Virus record (IMG/VR): IMGVR_UViG_3300037423_001046
Coordinates: 1 to 54,723 of that record
Length of the DNA stretch: 54,723 nt
From: a virus
Taxonomy: Duplodnaviria; Caudoviricetes
Strand: one strand, 5' to 3'
Shown here: positions 33,648 to 43,731 of the stretch, piece after piece
How positions within the stretch are numbered: the first letter of the stretch is position 1
Layout: every line of letters begins with the position of its first letter
The notes under the pieces: model-generated
The model's database searches: none
Told to the model about the DNA's origin: nothing
Seen by the model: the letters and a program-made list of their open reading frames with translations, nothing else
Translations under genes and position numbers: made by a program

Positions 33648-34279
33648 TTCGTGCTCCCGGGGAAGTCCTTCTTCACCTGCTCGATCGCGCGCTGCGCCTT
33701 GGCTCGGCCCGGCTTGCGGCTCGAGTTGCGCAGATGCCGGAGAGCGTTGAGCGCGTTCACGACCACCTGGCGGCGCTTGCGCTTTGCCGGGCGCCGGAGT
33801 CGCGCTGCCACGACGGCGACCTCCTGCGGGTCGGCGTTGATCTCGAAGTGCATCGAGTCGTAGCCGGCAGGCTTCGTCGCGGTGGCGTGGTAGTCGCCGC
33901 CCCAACGGACGACGTGGTCGACTTCGGCGAGGATCTGGTGGATCTCGCGGATCTGCTCGGGCGTCCACGTCCGAGTGACCGCAACGCCGTTGGGGTGCCG
34001 GGTCGCGTTGTAGTCGATCGCCGTCGCCGAGGAGTGGTTGCTCAGCGACGTCGGGTCGTTCCTGTTGTCGCGGAAGTAGAAGCCCCAGTCGTCGGCCTGG
34101 TTCCAGTCGGCGCGGACGATCGGCTCGACGCGGGCGTGCAGCTGCTCGGCGACGTACTTGAGCACGGTGTAGACGTCGTCGTCATCGCGGATGCCGGGGG
34201 AGAAGGACTCGCCAGCTACGACGAGCGGGCGAATCTTGAGGGTGGGGCTGGCGGACCAGCCGTTCTGCGAAGTGGGCAT
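33644..34279 (-). CDS. Endolysin, peptidase M15 family
   Basis: SQNGW..DDWG..R..SNHSSATAIDYN..RWGGDY..DSMHFE. Confidence 0.9.
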   Translation of the reverse strand: MPTSQNGWSASPTLKIRPLVVAGESFSPGIRDDDDVYTVLKYVAEQLHARVEPIVRADWNQADDWGFYFRDNRNDPTSLSNHSSATAIDYNATRHPNGVAVTRTWTPEQIREIHQILAEVDHVVRWGGDYHATATKPAGYDSMHFEINADPQEVAVVAARLRRPAKRKRRQVVVNALNALRHLRNSSRKPGRAKAQRAIEQVKKDFPGSTK

Positions 34280-34324
34280 GACGGATCTCCTTGCCGGGGG
34301 TGTGGAGTGGTGGAGCGGTCGCAC

Positions 34325-34540
34325 CTACGTCCGCGGGAAGCGGCTGGTGCGCTGGGGAAGCGGGTAGATCCCGGGCACGGGTACGCCGCGGCACGGGCAG
34401 TAGACGTTTCGCACGTCGTCGACGAGCGCCTCGCACTCGGTGACGTGTTCGTCGTGATCGCAGTGGGTGCAGGGGAGGACGCGGGACAGTCCGGGGTGGT
34501 CGTGATCGTTCGGTCGAACGTCAGCCCACCCGGCCTCCAC
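34325..34540 (-). CDS. Small Cys/His-rich protein
   Basis: CTHCDHDEH..C..CPC. Confidence 0.5.
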   Translation of the reverse strand: MEAGWADVRPNDHDHPGLSRVLPCTHCDHDEHVTECEALVDDVRNVYCPCRGVPVPGIYPLPQRTSRFPRT

Positions 34541-34543
34541 GGG

Positions 34544-35014
34544 TCAGTCCTCGACGGGATCCTCGTCGACGACCTCGCCATTGAGCGGCGGGTCGGAGTT
34601 CAGTGCTTGCTCCATCGCCCGGTAGGCGGCGATCGACTCGACCTTCGTGACGACACGCTCCGCGGTGCCGAGCTCGAGCTTCTCGACGCGTCCCTCGATC
34701 TCGTCGACGCGGCGTTCCATCTTCTCCTGGTGGACCTGCTGATCGACAAGCTTCTGCACCGCGACCGCGAGCATCTCGCCGTGCCGTTCCACGGCGGCCA
34801 TGCGGACCCCGATCCCCGGGAGCGCTGGCACCTTCTCCTCGCCGGTGATCGAGTCGATGATCGCGTCCCGGCCGGCGATCGAGTCGACCATCCTGATCCA
34901 CTTCGCGCGGGCATTCCGCCACTTCGGACGGACCCACTTGAGGAACGCGGCGATGACGCCGCACACGGCTCCGAGTGTGATGATCGCGGCCGCGATCGGG
35001 TTCAGGTCAGGCAC
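34544..35014 (-). CDS. Membrane-anchored coiled-coil lysis-region protein
   Basis: N-terminal TM; PGIGVRMAAVE; heptads. Confidence 0.7.
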   Translation of the reverse strand: MPDLNPIAAAIITLGAVCGVIAAFLKWVRPKWRNARAKWIRMVDSIAGRDAIIDSITGEEKVPALPGIGVRMAAVERHGEMLAVAVQKLVDQQVHQEKMERRVDEIEGRVEKLELGTAERVVTKVESIAAYRAMEQALNSDPPLNGEVVDEDPVED

Positions 35015-35080
35015 GGGCAGGTCCCCCTCTGTCGTGTCATGGTCAGGCCGGTCCAATCGCATGCCACTGATGCACCGCCG

Positions 35081-35506
35081 TTAGGCTCGCGGCGAAAGCT
35101 GCTCAAGCCAGCACTGCCCGCTGTTCGCGGCGAACCTGAGGGCCCCGGCGCTTGTGCGAGCCACGAGGGTGAAGGCGATGGTTTCGGTCGCGGTGGCTTG
35201 CCAAGGGAGCGAGATACTTCCGACGACGACCGCGCTCGCCGCATAGGAGAGCGTGTTTCCGGCATTGTCGAAGCGGTACTCGATCGTGCCGGTGCTGCTG
35301 CCGGTCAGTCGCAGCCGGACGAACGGTGTGCCGGTCGCGGTGATCTGAGAAGCCAAGAAGTAGCCGCTGATTCGGTACCAGAGCCCAGAGACCACGTTGA
35401 CGTTGACCGTGCAGACAGTGCCGTCAGACGTCGTGATATCCGTCGATGCGGCAGGACCGGTCGCGGCGTTCATCCCCACTGAGGCGGGCCGGCCACCCCA
35501 GGTCAT
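35081..35506 (-). CDS. Minor tail protein
   Basis: Beta-rich; position. Confidence 0.65.
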   Translation of the reverse strand: MTWGGRPASVGMNAATGPAASTDITTSDGTVCTVNVNVVSGLWYRISGYFLASQITATGTPFVRLRLTGSSTGTIEYRFDNAGNTLSYAASAVVVGSISLPWQATATETIAFTLVARTSAGALRFAANSGQCWLEQLSPRA

Positions 35507-36552
35507 GCCGCCTCCTCAACGCCGGCATCCGCGAGAATCGCCGCGAAGTCGCGGGCAACCATGCCCCGGGGGGTCAACACGATCTGGTCGTCGGCAACGT
35601 GCCACTCCGACCGTTCGACGATGAAGTCGACGTAGCCGACCGGCATCCGCCCCGGGCGCGTGTCGCGCTGGCCCAGGAGGCGCACCATCAACCCCCGGCC
35701 GACGCTGTTCGCGACGGAACCAAGATGAGGCGCGTTCAGGATGTGGCCCGGGGAAAGCGTGAGCCCGTTCGTCCAACCGCCCGCCGTCGCTTCCGCGAGG
35801 ATCTCGTTCAGGACGGCAGTCGCACGGGCCGACGTGATCGGACCGAGACTGCGCATGTCGACGATACGAGGGACGACCTTCTTCTCGGTCGCAGCGATGA
35901 CCGTCGTGTTCGTCAGCTTGCCGCCGTTGCTCGAATCGGCCCACCGGCCGATGATCCGAGTCGCCTGAGTCTCGGTGGTCCACGCCAACTCGCCGGCACC
36001 CGGGAGCACGAACAGACCGGGCGCGGTTGGGTCAGAGCCCTTGATGATCCGGCGCCAAGCGTCGACGTACAGGCGTGCACCCGATGAGTCCTGGTAGGCG
36101 CCGATCATGTCGGTCACGTTGTTGAGCTCTTCCGTCGTGTCACCGGTCACGAGAGCCGTCGTCGAGATCGACGCCGGGCGCGACCACGTGAGCGAACCGT
36201 TCGCGATCTGCGCGTCGAACACCGTGTCCGGCGTGGACGACGTCTTCCCCGAACTGTCGAGACACGGGACCTGATCGCCCTCCGTCGACGCTGCGTCGAT
36301 CGTGAGCGTGCCGTCGATCCAGTCCGGCTCCCCAAGGTGGCCTGCGACCAGCGGCAGACCGCCGAGTCGGACCTCGGATAGCGCGCCCTGCTCGATCCAG
36401 CCCGGCCGTTCCGACGCCTTCAACAGCACCGAGCACTCGGCACCCAACGGGCCCCCGAGACCGGTCGTCGGCCACGCGTGCGTGAGGACGAGCTCGCTGA
36501 CGTTCACGAGAGGCGAGATCGCGCGCCCGCCCACGTACACCTGCGGGAGCAT
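35503..36552 (-). CDS. Minor tail (baseplate hub-like) protein
   Basis: Second gene after the tape measure; coupled. Confidence 0.65.
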   Translation of the reverse strand: MLPQVYVGGRAISPLVNVSELVLTHAWPTTGLGGPLGAECSVLLKASERPGWIEQGALSEVRLGGLPLVAGHLGEPDWIDGTLTIDAASTEGDQVPCLDSSGKTSSTPDTVFDAQIANGSLTWSRPASISTTALVTGDTTEELNNVTDMIGAYQDSSGARLYVDAWRRIIKGSDPTAPGLFVLPGAGELAWTTETQATRIIGRWADSSNGGKLTNTTVIAATEKKVVPRIVDMRSLGPITSARATAVLNEILAEATAGGWTNGLTLSPGHILNAPHLGSVANSVGRGLMVRLLGQRDTRPGRMPVGYVDFIVERSEWHVADDQIVLTPRGMVARDFAAILADAGVEEAA

Positions 36553-39053
36553 CAGGCCACCAGCGTGAGGGAGTCGACGACGTAGGTGTGGAACCTCGGG
36601 TAGTAGTGCGCCGACACCCGGGACGTCGCGCATCCCGGCGTCACCGTGGACACCTGGAGCAGACCGGGGCCAGCGGTGTGCTGCTCGCCGCCTGCCCACC
36701 GGGCGGGCTCAGTCAGCATGGTCCCGTTCGCGGCACCGAACCACGCCTTCTCCTGGGGCGAGTCGACGGTGGCGGCGTCGAGCCGGACCGCGCTGTACGA
36801 GCCCGACGAGATGTTGGTCAGCAGGATCGACGCCTGCCCGACGTCGGTGTTGCACAGGAAGATGTCATCGACGTCGACCGACACCGACGCTCGGGCGATC
36901 TGGACGGTGATCGTCGCGCTCGCGTCCTCAACATCCGCCGGCGGCAGACGCAGCATCCCGAGCGGGACCAGCACCCACGTGCTCTGGAACAACTGCGGCC
37001 ACTGGGCGACAGACGGGGTACCGACCACCGTGAGCGGGACCGTCTTCCACGCGCCGCCGACCGGGTCGTAGACGTTGTCGCCGACCGTCGGATCCACGAA
37101 CGCCCGGAACGACAGCTCCGTCGCCCCGACCGTGCCGCACCGCACCCGCGCGTAGGCCATGTAGTTTCCCGTGAGCAGGGTCGACGCCGAGAACGTGAAG
37201 CTCGTCGGGCTCGCCGTCGTGGAGAGCGTGTTGTAGGCGCCGGAGACTGCGCCCGTGTCCGAGGTGCCAGCGAGTCCGGCAGCAGCACGGCAGGCGAGGA
37301 ACTTGGCGCGCCCGTCATCGCCGGCCGCGGCCGTGTGCACGAGCACCTGATCCCCGAGGCCGACCGGCGTCGTTCCTGCGGCGTCGAGGCCGAGAATCGA
37401 CAGGCTGAGCTCGGTGCGCTGTGACCCGTAGACCGCGACCTGCCGCGTCTGGGTCTTGCCCGTCGCGAACGGGTTGTCGGTGATGTCGATCTGGTCGACG
37501 GCGACGAACACGCCATCGGTGGTCGAGACGGTGCCACCAGTGCGCGCGAACGTGACATCGAGGTTCGTGAAGCCAGAGGCCCGGTTGATGAGGATCTCGA
37601 ACGCCCCGGTCGTCGAGTTGTACGAGTACGACGTAGTCGCAAGAGAAGCGCCGCCGTCGTCGGCCACCGTGACCTGTCCGTCCGAGTAGGCCGAGGCAGT
37701 GCCCTTGATGCGGATGTAGGGCAGCGTCGCCATCTCAACGCCCGTGATTCCAGTGCTGTTGCGACGGATCGACGCGGACGCACGCCCGTAGACCGTGCCC
37801 TTGACCGCACCCGCGACCACGGCCAGCGACGGTGCCGTCCAGGTTCCGGTCGACGCAGAGTTGTTGGTCGTGCCATCCCACGAGTAGGTGATCGCCGCGG
37901 TGTCGGGGGTGTTGCCGTCGAAGTATGCGCCGACAGCAGTGGCGGGCGAGACCATCGCGGCGTCGGTCTCGAACGATGTCGCCCCACGGCTGGTGTCTTG
38001 CTTGACGAACGGATAGATCCGCACGGTCGCGGCACCCGCTGGCGAGACGCCCACCGTGGAGACCCGCTTGAACGCATATGGGGTCGAATGCGGTGTCGCC
38101 GTGACTGTGTGGTCCCCGCCGATCTGCGTGCCGCTTGAGTTGTACCAGCGGTACATGAGCCCGATCTGGGTGACGGAGCCGTCGACGCTGGACGTCGGGT
38201 TCGCAGCGATGTAGACGCTAAGGGCGTAGCTGGTGTCCGCCGCAACAGCGAAGGTCGGACCGTTCTCGTAGCAGGTGACGGCCCCGAAGACCGGGATCAC
38301 GATGCTCTTGAACGACCCGGCCCCGGTGATGCCCTCGCCACCCACGTATGCGTGCCGACTGAGGCTCTCCGAGCCGGACCCAGCGGTCCATCCGGTCGTG
38401 TTCACCTCGAATGACGGGTTCGGGACGAGGTTCTTGAGCGCGGCCGGTGCGGTCGACAGCATCGACCACCCGGTCGTTGAACCACCCGAATCGACGGTCG
38501 TGGTGTTCGATCCGACCGCCGCGGGCGCGTCGATCGTGATCGGGTCCACCGTCCGGGGGAACGGCCGCGCGTGGATCGACAGGGTGACGTAACGGCACCC
38601 CTGCTCCATCTCCTCGAGGTCGTCGAACGTGGTCGCGATCGTCGCCGACGTCACCTCGTACACCGACGTGGCCGCACCGGCGAGCGGCGGCGTGTACGCG
38701 AGCTCCGTCCAGCCATCGAACCGGCACGCCGCATCCAGCTCCGCCGCCATCCGGGCGAGCGCGTCACCGATGTCGTCAGCGTCTGGCGCCTCGATCGCGA
38801 GCGGGATCAGCGCCTCACGGTTCCCGTACCGGTCGACCCGCTCGAGGTCCCCGTCCTGCAGCTGTGACTGGATCGCCGCGATCACGGCCTCGGGGTCGCC
38901 GAACCCCATGTCGTCGCCGAGCGCATAGACCATCGCCCCGATCGTCGGGTCGATGTCGTGCATCATCAGGTTCAGGTTGCTGAGGAGCAGAGACGGCTGC
39001 TGCAACGCGACGGCACCGACCGGGAGCCCGTCCTCGGGGTAGATGATCGTCAT
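36552..39053 (-). CDS. Distal tail protein with an inserted carbohydrate-binding-like module
   Basis: First gene after TMP; NLVPNPSFEVNTTGW..YFDG..W.GT..S insert. Confidence 0.7.
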   Translation of the reverse strand: MTIIYPEDGLPVGAVALQQPSLLLSNLNLMMHDIDPTIGAMVYALGDDMGFGDPEAVIAAIQSQLQDGDLERVDRYGNREALIPLAIEAPDADDIGDALARMAAELDAACRFDGWTELAYTPPLAGAATSVYEVTSATIATTFDDLEEMEQGCRYVTLSIHARPFPRTVDPITIDAPAAVGSNTTTVDSGGSTTGWSMLSTAPAALKNLVPNPSFEVNTTGWTAGSGSESLSRHAYVGGEGITGAGSFKSIVIPVFGAVTCYENGPTFAVAADTSYALSVYIAANPTSSVDGSVTQIGLMYRWYNSSGTQIGGDHTVTATPHSTPYAFKRVSTVGVSPAGAATVRIYPFVKQDTSRGATSFETDAAMVSPATAVGAYFDGNTPDTAAITYSWDGTTNNSASTGTWTAPSLAVVAGAVKGTVYGRASASIRRNSTGITGVEMATLPYIRIKGTASAYSDGQVTVADDGGASLATTSYSYNSTTGAFEILINRASGFTNLDVTFARTGGTVSTTDGVFVAVDQIDITDNPFATGKTQTRQVAVYGSQRTELSLSILGLDAAGTTPVGLGDQVLVHTAAAGDDGRAKFLACRAAAGLAGTSDTGAVSGAYNTLSTTASPTSFTFSASTLLTGNYMAYARVRCGTVGATELSFRAFVDPTVGDNVYDPVGGAWKTVPLTVVGTPSVAQWPQLFQSTWVLVPLGMLRLPPADVEDASATITVQIARASVSVDVDDIFLCNTDVGQASILLTNISSGSYSAVRLDAATVDSPQEKAWFGAANGTMLTEPARWAGGEQHTAGPGLLQVSTVTPGCATSRVSAHYYPRFHTYVVDSLTLVA

Positions 39054-42000
39054 CGGTGATGCCGCCTCCTATGGCCCCGCTTGGCCGCCTGGTCGTGCGC
39101 CTTGACGATCACCTCGCCGGTGGTCTGAGCGTTCTTCCGGCGGTCCTTCTTGCCGTCCTTGTGCTGCCGGTCAAGCTGCCTCTGCAGCGCCCGCACCGTC
39201 GCCGTGAGCACCCGGATCTGCGCCGTCGTCCTGTCCTGCGAGGCGGTGATCCCGAGGACGTTCGCGCCCGTGTTCGCGGCCGTCGACACAGCGGCCGTCC
39301 GCTGGTTGAAGAGCTGCTGGAAGGTCCGAAGTTGCGCGTTCGATGCCCCCGAGAACGCGTCGAGTGCGTCGTACCCGCCCTCGCTGATGAGCGCCTGAAG
39401 TGCCGGCCCCGTCAGCCCCCGCCCATGCAGAGACGTCTCAAGCTGGGTGTACCGGTTCGCCCGGGCGATCTGCTCCTGCAGTCGCTCGATCGCCGACCCT
39501 GCCGACCCGGTGAGGTAGTTCGACGAGAACGCTCCGGCGCCGTCGTCCCCGAACAGGTCCCCGGTGAGTTGCCCGGTGATCGACGACGTGACATTCCTCC
39601 GCGCGTCTGCCTCCGCGTCGGCCGCTTCCTTCGCCTTGTCCAACGCCTTCGTGAACAGGGCGAGGCCACGCTTCACCTTGTCGTTTCGGTCGACGTCGAT
39701 GCCGTAGGCCGCGGCCGCATTGATGGCCTCGTTCTGCTGCATCTTGGCGAGCGCCGGCTTCCACCCCTTGAAGTCCTTCAGCGCCTCGCGCGTGACCATG
39801 AACGCGGCACCGCTGAGGAGTTCGACGAAATACTTCCCCGCGACCCGCTCGATGTAGGCGACGGTGGCCGGGTCATCGTCAGTCGCCCGCTCGATGCGCG
39901 TGACGCCAACACGGCCGCCGCTCGCGTAGCCCGGCAGGTCCGACATGCCCGGCAGGAACCCGTACCGCTGCTTGAGGAACCGGGCGTCGCGGTGGACGAT
40001 CTCCTTCGGAATCACGACCTCGTCGCGGTGGACGACGCCGGCGACGTCGTACTTTCCGCCCGGGCCGGTCCAGCCACCGACATCTCGGGGAGTGGTCGGG
40101 TCGCCGTCAATCCCGCCCGCCTGGCTACGCCTGTTCCCGACGTTCACCTGGTTGACGTAGAAGTTGAGCCGCACGCTCTTGTCGCGGATGCCCGCCATCT
40201 GCTCCTTGATGGCAGCGATCGCCTCGAGGCCCTGCTTGTTGTTGACCGCGATGACCTTGGGCGGAACCTTCATCGCGATGTACGCCCGGAGCGCCGCACG
40301 GCCCTTCGCCCACGCAGCGTTCGCCTTCCGGATCTCCTCGTCCGTCGCGTTCGCGAGCTGCTTCATCCGCATGGCACCGGCCGGGCCCGCCGCCTCGAGC
40401 TCCTTGATGAGCCCCTCGCGGAGACCCCGGCGTGCCGCAGTCTGAGCGTTCGTCGTGAAGTTCCTCAGCGCGTCCGCCTGGTCGGCCATGTCCTGAATCC
40501 ACTGGCGCAGGCTGACCTTGCTGTCGTTGAGCGAGTCGCCGAACGCGAGGAACGACTGCGCCGTCTGCCGGGCCGACTGGCGCTGCTGCCGCAGGCTCTC
40601 CTCGAGCCTCGCTGCCTGCTCCGACGCGTCCAGCGCGGACCGGCCATACTCCCGCGTCGCCTGGCCCGCCTCGCCCATCGCGGCGCTCTGACGCCTCGCC
40701 GCTTCCCCCGCCTCGCCGACGTCGCCCGACGTCGCGTTGATCGCGTCGTTGAGCCTCTCCCAGTCCTGCGTCTTGCTGCTGGCGTCCTCGTCGCCGAGGT
40801 TCGCGGCCGCGTTGAAGTTCTCGACGTAGGCCATCGCCAGCTGGTGACGTGCGTCGGCGTTGCCGAGGATCGCGTCCGTGACGGTGTCGAGTCCGACGCC
40901 GAGATTCTGCGCGGTCTTGAGGATGCCGTCCTGCTCGAGCGACTGCACGACCATCGCGCGGGTGTTGTCGGTGATCGCGCCCGTCTGCGCATCGAACGTT
41001 GCCGTGAGTGCCTGCACCGCCGCGGCCGACTCGCGCTGCTTCGACTGGAAGTCCAACAGGAGGCCGACGGCGCCACCCATCGCCGCACCCCACGGGCCGG
41101 CCATCGTGCCCATCAGCGCCATGCTCGCGGTGTTCGCGAATCCGAACTGGTCGGCGACACCGGTCATCGCGATACCGAGGCCGGCGACCGGGGCAGCAGC
41201 CCGGGCGAGCCCCTTCGTCGTCTCGCCGACCCGCTTCGATGCCTCCTGCACGCGCAGCATCTCGCGCTCCGTGCGTGCGCCCGCGGTCATCGCCGTCGTC
41301 GACAGCACCCGCAGGTCGCCCGCGAGGCCGAGCACCCCGGTGCTCGTCGTCTTCAGCGACGTGCGGAAGCTGGCGGTCGCCTTCCCGAACACACCACCCG
41401 ACGCGAGCTCACCGAGCGCGACAAGGCGACCGAACATCGAGGTCAGCGCAGTCGTCAGGACGACGAACGAACCGATCGGGGTGTCGGCGATCGCCGCGAA
41501 CGCCTCGAGCAACGTTGTGAGGACCGGGATGATGAGGTCGCCGACCGGCGCGGCCGCCTGCGTGAACTGGATCAGCGCCTCAGCCATCGCCCCGAGGAGC
41601 TCGCGCACCATCGGGCCGGCGTGCTGCACGTAGGCGAGGAACTCGTTGAAGCCCTCCGACCCCTGCAGCCCCTCAGTCCACTGCTCGAACGAGCGGGACA
41701 TCTCGAGGAACCCGTGTGAGAAGCCTTCGGACAGCGGCCGGAACGCGACGAGGAGGTTCGCGAAGCCCTCGACGAGATTGCCGACGGTGCGGCCCATGTC
41801 GAGCAAGATCGGCCTTGCGTCGGTGCGCAGGAACTCGAAGAAGTCGTCGAACTCGGACGACCCGAGACCCTGGCCCGCCTCCGCCGAGAGCTGGCCGATC
41901 GCGCTCGCGGTCTCCTGGACGATCTCCCGGAGCTCCGGGAGACGCGTCAGCACCTCCTCGATGCCCCGCTCCATCCCGGGGAACATCCCGCCCCGGGCGT

Positions 42001-42433
42001 CGCGCTGCAGCACCGACAACTGGCTGCCGACTTGGTCAAGGAACATGACGAAGCTGGCGCCCTCGGGACCGATCTTCCCGAGCTGCTCCTGCATCTTCTT
42101 CAGGTTCTCGGCCGTCGGCTCGAGCTGGTACTTGTTGACCGAGTCGAGCGCGTCACCGATGCCGACGAACGCGAGCCCGAGCGTGCCCACCGCCGCGACC
42201 GCGAACGTCGCCTGCGTCGCGATACCCGACAGCACCGGCACAGCGGCCGCGCCGAGTGCCGGCAGTGTCGGGATGATCGCCTGGATGCCCTGAGCGAGCC
42301 ACGTCGTCCGGTCGTTGGTCGTGTCGATCTCGTTCGCCAGAGACCGGGCAGCCATCTTGGCCTGCTCGACACCCTTGACGAACCCCGACGGGTCGGCCTT
42401 CAGCCGGACGAGAACGGTGCGCTCAGCGGCCAC
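39050..42433 (-). CDS. Tape measure protein
   Basis: 1127 aa, Ala-rich helical, TM-like segments, GGWTGPGGKY..AGVVH..E motif. Confidence 0.92.
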   Translation of the reverse strand: MAAERTVLVRLKADPSGFVKGVEQAKMAARSLANEIDTTNDRTTWLAQGIQAIIPTLPALGAAAVPVLSGIATQATFAVAAVGTLGLAFVGIGDALDSVNKYQLEPTAENLKKMQEQLGKIGPEGASFVMFLDQVGSQLSVLQRDARGGMFPGMERGIEEVLTRLPELREIVQETASAIGQLSAEAGQGLGSSEFDDFFEFLRTDARPILLDMGRTVGNLVEGFANLLVAFRPLSEGFSHGFLEMSRSFEQWTEGLQGSEGFNEFLAYVQHAGPMVRELLGAMAEALIQFTQAAAPVGDLIIPVLTTLLEAFAAIADTPIGSFVVLTTALTSMFGRLVALGELASGGVFGKATASFRTSLKTTSTGVLGLAGDLRVLSTTAMTAGARTEREMLRVQEASKRVGETTKGLARAAAPVAGLGIAMTGVADQFGFANTASMALMGTMAGPWGAAMGGAVGLLLDFQSKQRESAAAVQALTATFDAQTGAITDNTRAMVVQSLEQDGILKTAQNLGVGLDTVTDAILGNADARHQLAMAYVENFNAAANLGDEDASSKTQDWERLNDAINATSGDVGEAGEAARRQSAAMGEAGQATREYGRSALDASEQAARLEESLRQQRQSARQTAQSFLAFGDSLNDSKVSLRQWIQDMADQADALRNFTTNAQTAARRGLREGLIKELEAAGPAGAMRMKQLANATDEEIRKANAAWAKGRAALRAYIAMKVPPKVIAVNNKQGLEAIAAIKEQMAGIRDKSVRLNFYVNQVNVGNRRSQAGGIDGDPTTPRDVGGWTGPGGKYDVAGVVHRDEVVIPKEIVHRDARFLKQRYGFLPGMSDLPGYASGGRVGVTRIERATDDDPATVAYIERVAGKYFVELLSGAAFMVTREALKDFKGWKPALAKMQQNEAINAAAAYGIDVDRNDKVKRGLALFTKALDKAKEAADAEADARRNVTSSITGQLTGDLFGDDGAGAFSSNYLTGSAGSAIERLQEQIARANRYTQLETSLHGRGLTGPALQALISEGGYDALDAFSGASNAQLRTFQQLFNQRTAAVSTAANTGANVLGITASQDRTTAQIRVLTATVRALQRQLDRQHKDGKKDRRKNAQTTGEVIVKAHDQAAKRGHRRRHHR

Positions 42434-42436
42434 GAC

Positions 42437-42890
42437 CTACCCTCGATTCTTCTCGTCGATCTGCCATGACTTCGCGACGTAGTAGTGGAGGCCCGCGTCC
42501 CAGCCGTCCGGCCGGTTCGTCTTCTTGGCCTGCTCGGCGTCCTTGGCTTTCGTCAGCTCGATCGCGCGCTGCGCGCCGCACTTCCACGTGGCGATCTCGA
42601 AGGCCCGCTTCGGGTCGCGCGCCTCCTCGAGCGGCTGCCCACACCCGCACGGGCATGTGCCGGACTCGTGCGTCTCAAGCCCGAAGATCAGCGCTCGGTC
42701 GTCCTCGGTGACCCGCGGTTCCCGGGTCACGACCGTGACCCCGGTGCGGGTCGTCCCGTCGGCGGCGTAGTGCTCGTGCACCTCGACGACGGGACGACCC
42801 TCAAGCTCAGACGGGGTGAGTCCCCAGTCCCGGGCGACCTTTAGTCGCTGGATTTCCTGTTGAGAACTTGCGACGCCAGTAGCGATTTTG
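42437..42890 (-). CDS. Tail assembly chaperone, frameshifted (GT) part
   Basis: Open -1 frame from the slippery site into the VHEHYAADG ORF. Confidence 0.75.
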
Positions 42891-43392
42891 GGGGCGTGAA
42901 CGACCCACCGTTCGCCTCCATCACCGCGTCACGAAGCTCCGCCCACTCGCCGGGTGCACACGTGGCGACGAAGGACGCCCATCCCTCCTCGGAGAACACG
43001 GGGTCGATGAGGCACTTGCGCACGAGTGCCTCGGCCATCTCCGCCTGGTTGTATCCCCAGTAGAGGTCCAACGGCACCTCTGGACGCGGCGGGTACGCCG
43101 TCGTCATGGCGCGGAACTCGTCCTTCGGGAGCGCGCGGAACGTGAACCAGACGGAGGCAGCCTCGATCTCCTCCTCGAGCGCCTGGATGGCCTCGGCCGT
43201 CGTCCGCGGGCCGGTCTTGCCCGACGGGTTGAGACGGTTTCCGCCCATCGCAGCGCCGGTGCGGAGCTCTTCCTCGAGGTTCTCGTGCTGCTGCATGAGG
43301 TCCGGGCGCAGGCAGATCTGGACCCGCTGCTCCTTCAGGACCGGCTTGACGCGCGCCAGTAGCTCGTCGCCGTTGATCGGGGAGGTGGTCAC
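42841..43392 (-). CDS. Tail assembly chaperone (G)
   Basis: Between tail tube and TMP; frameshift signal. Confidence 0.8.
   Translation of the reverse strand: MTTSPINGDELLARVKPVLKEQRVQICLRPDLMQQHENLEEELRTGAAMGGNRLNPSGKTGPRTTAEAIQALEEEIEAASVWFTFRALPKDEFRAMTTAYPPRPEVPLDLYWGYNQAEMAEALVRKCLIDPVFSEEGWASFVATCAPGEWAELRDAVMEANGGSFTPPKSLLASQVLNRKSSD
42886..42894 (-). other. Programmed -1 ribosomal frameshift site
   Basis: C CCA AAA (CCCCCAAAA) near the end of the chaperone gene. Confidence 0.8.
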
Positions 43393-43652
43393 TGGTCCGC
43401 TCCCTTCATCTCGGCCTGGTCGCGCAGTGCGCGTAGGACGGCGTTCGGGAGCTCGACGTCGAGTGACTCGATGCCGAACCGGACCTGCACGTACCACTCG
43501 TCGTGAGGACCATCGCCGGTGTTGCCGATCTGGAAGCCGTCGACGAGGCAGTGCTGGGTGATGTCGACGCCGTCGACGATGATCTGAGCGTTCATCTCGC
43601 CCGTCGGGTCGTCCGTCACCGCGCTGCCGACGCGGAAGATTACGTGTGCCAC
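43389..43652 (-). CDS. Small acidic hypothetical protein
   Basis: RBS GAGGAG; coupled to the chaperone. Confidence 0.6.
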   Translation of the reverse strand: MAHVIFRVGSAVTDDPTGEMNAQIIVDGVDITQHCLVDGFQIGNTGDGPHDEWYVQVRFGIESLDVELPNAVLRALRDQAEMKGADQ

Positions 43653-43682
43653 TGCTACTCCTCGCCGGGAAGCCGGGATGAA

Positions 43683-43717
43683 GTCGCGCCGCCGCTCCCG
43701 GCGAACGGCGGCGCGAC
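43683..43717 (-). terminator. Hairpin after the major tail gene
   Basis: GTCGCGCCGCCG/CGGCGGCGCGAC. Confidence 0.55.
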
Positions 43718-43731
43718 GCTCAGGGGAGGGA

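Noticed and set aside
28722-39053. Diversity-generating retroelement or invertible tail cassette
   Set aside because: No reverse transcriptase or invertase, and no TR/VR pair or inverted crossover sites seen.
39056-41719. 887-aa plus-strand ORF
   Set aside because: Antisense shadow of the tape measure gene.
42886-42894. Frameshift as a novelty
   Set aside because: Standard tail-chaperone G/GT -1 frameshift.
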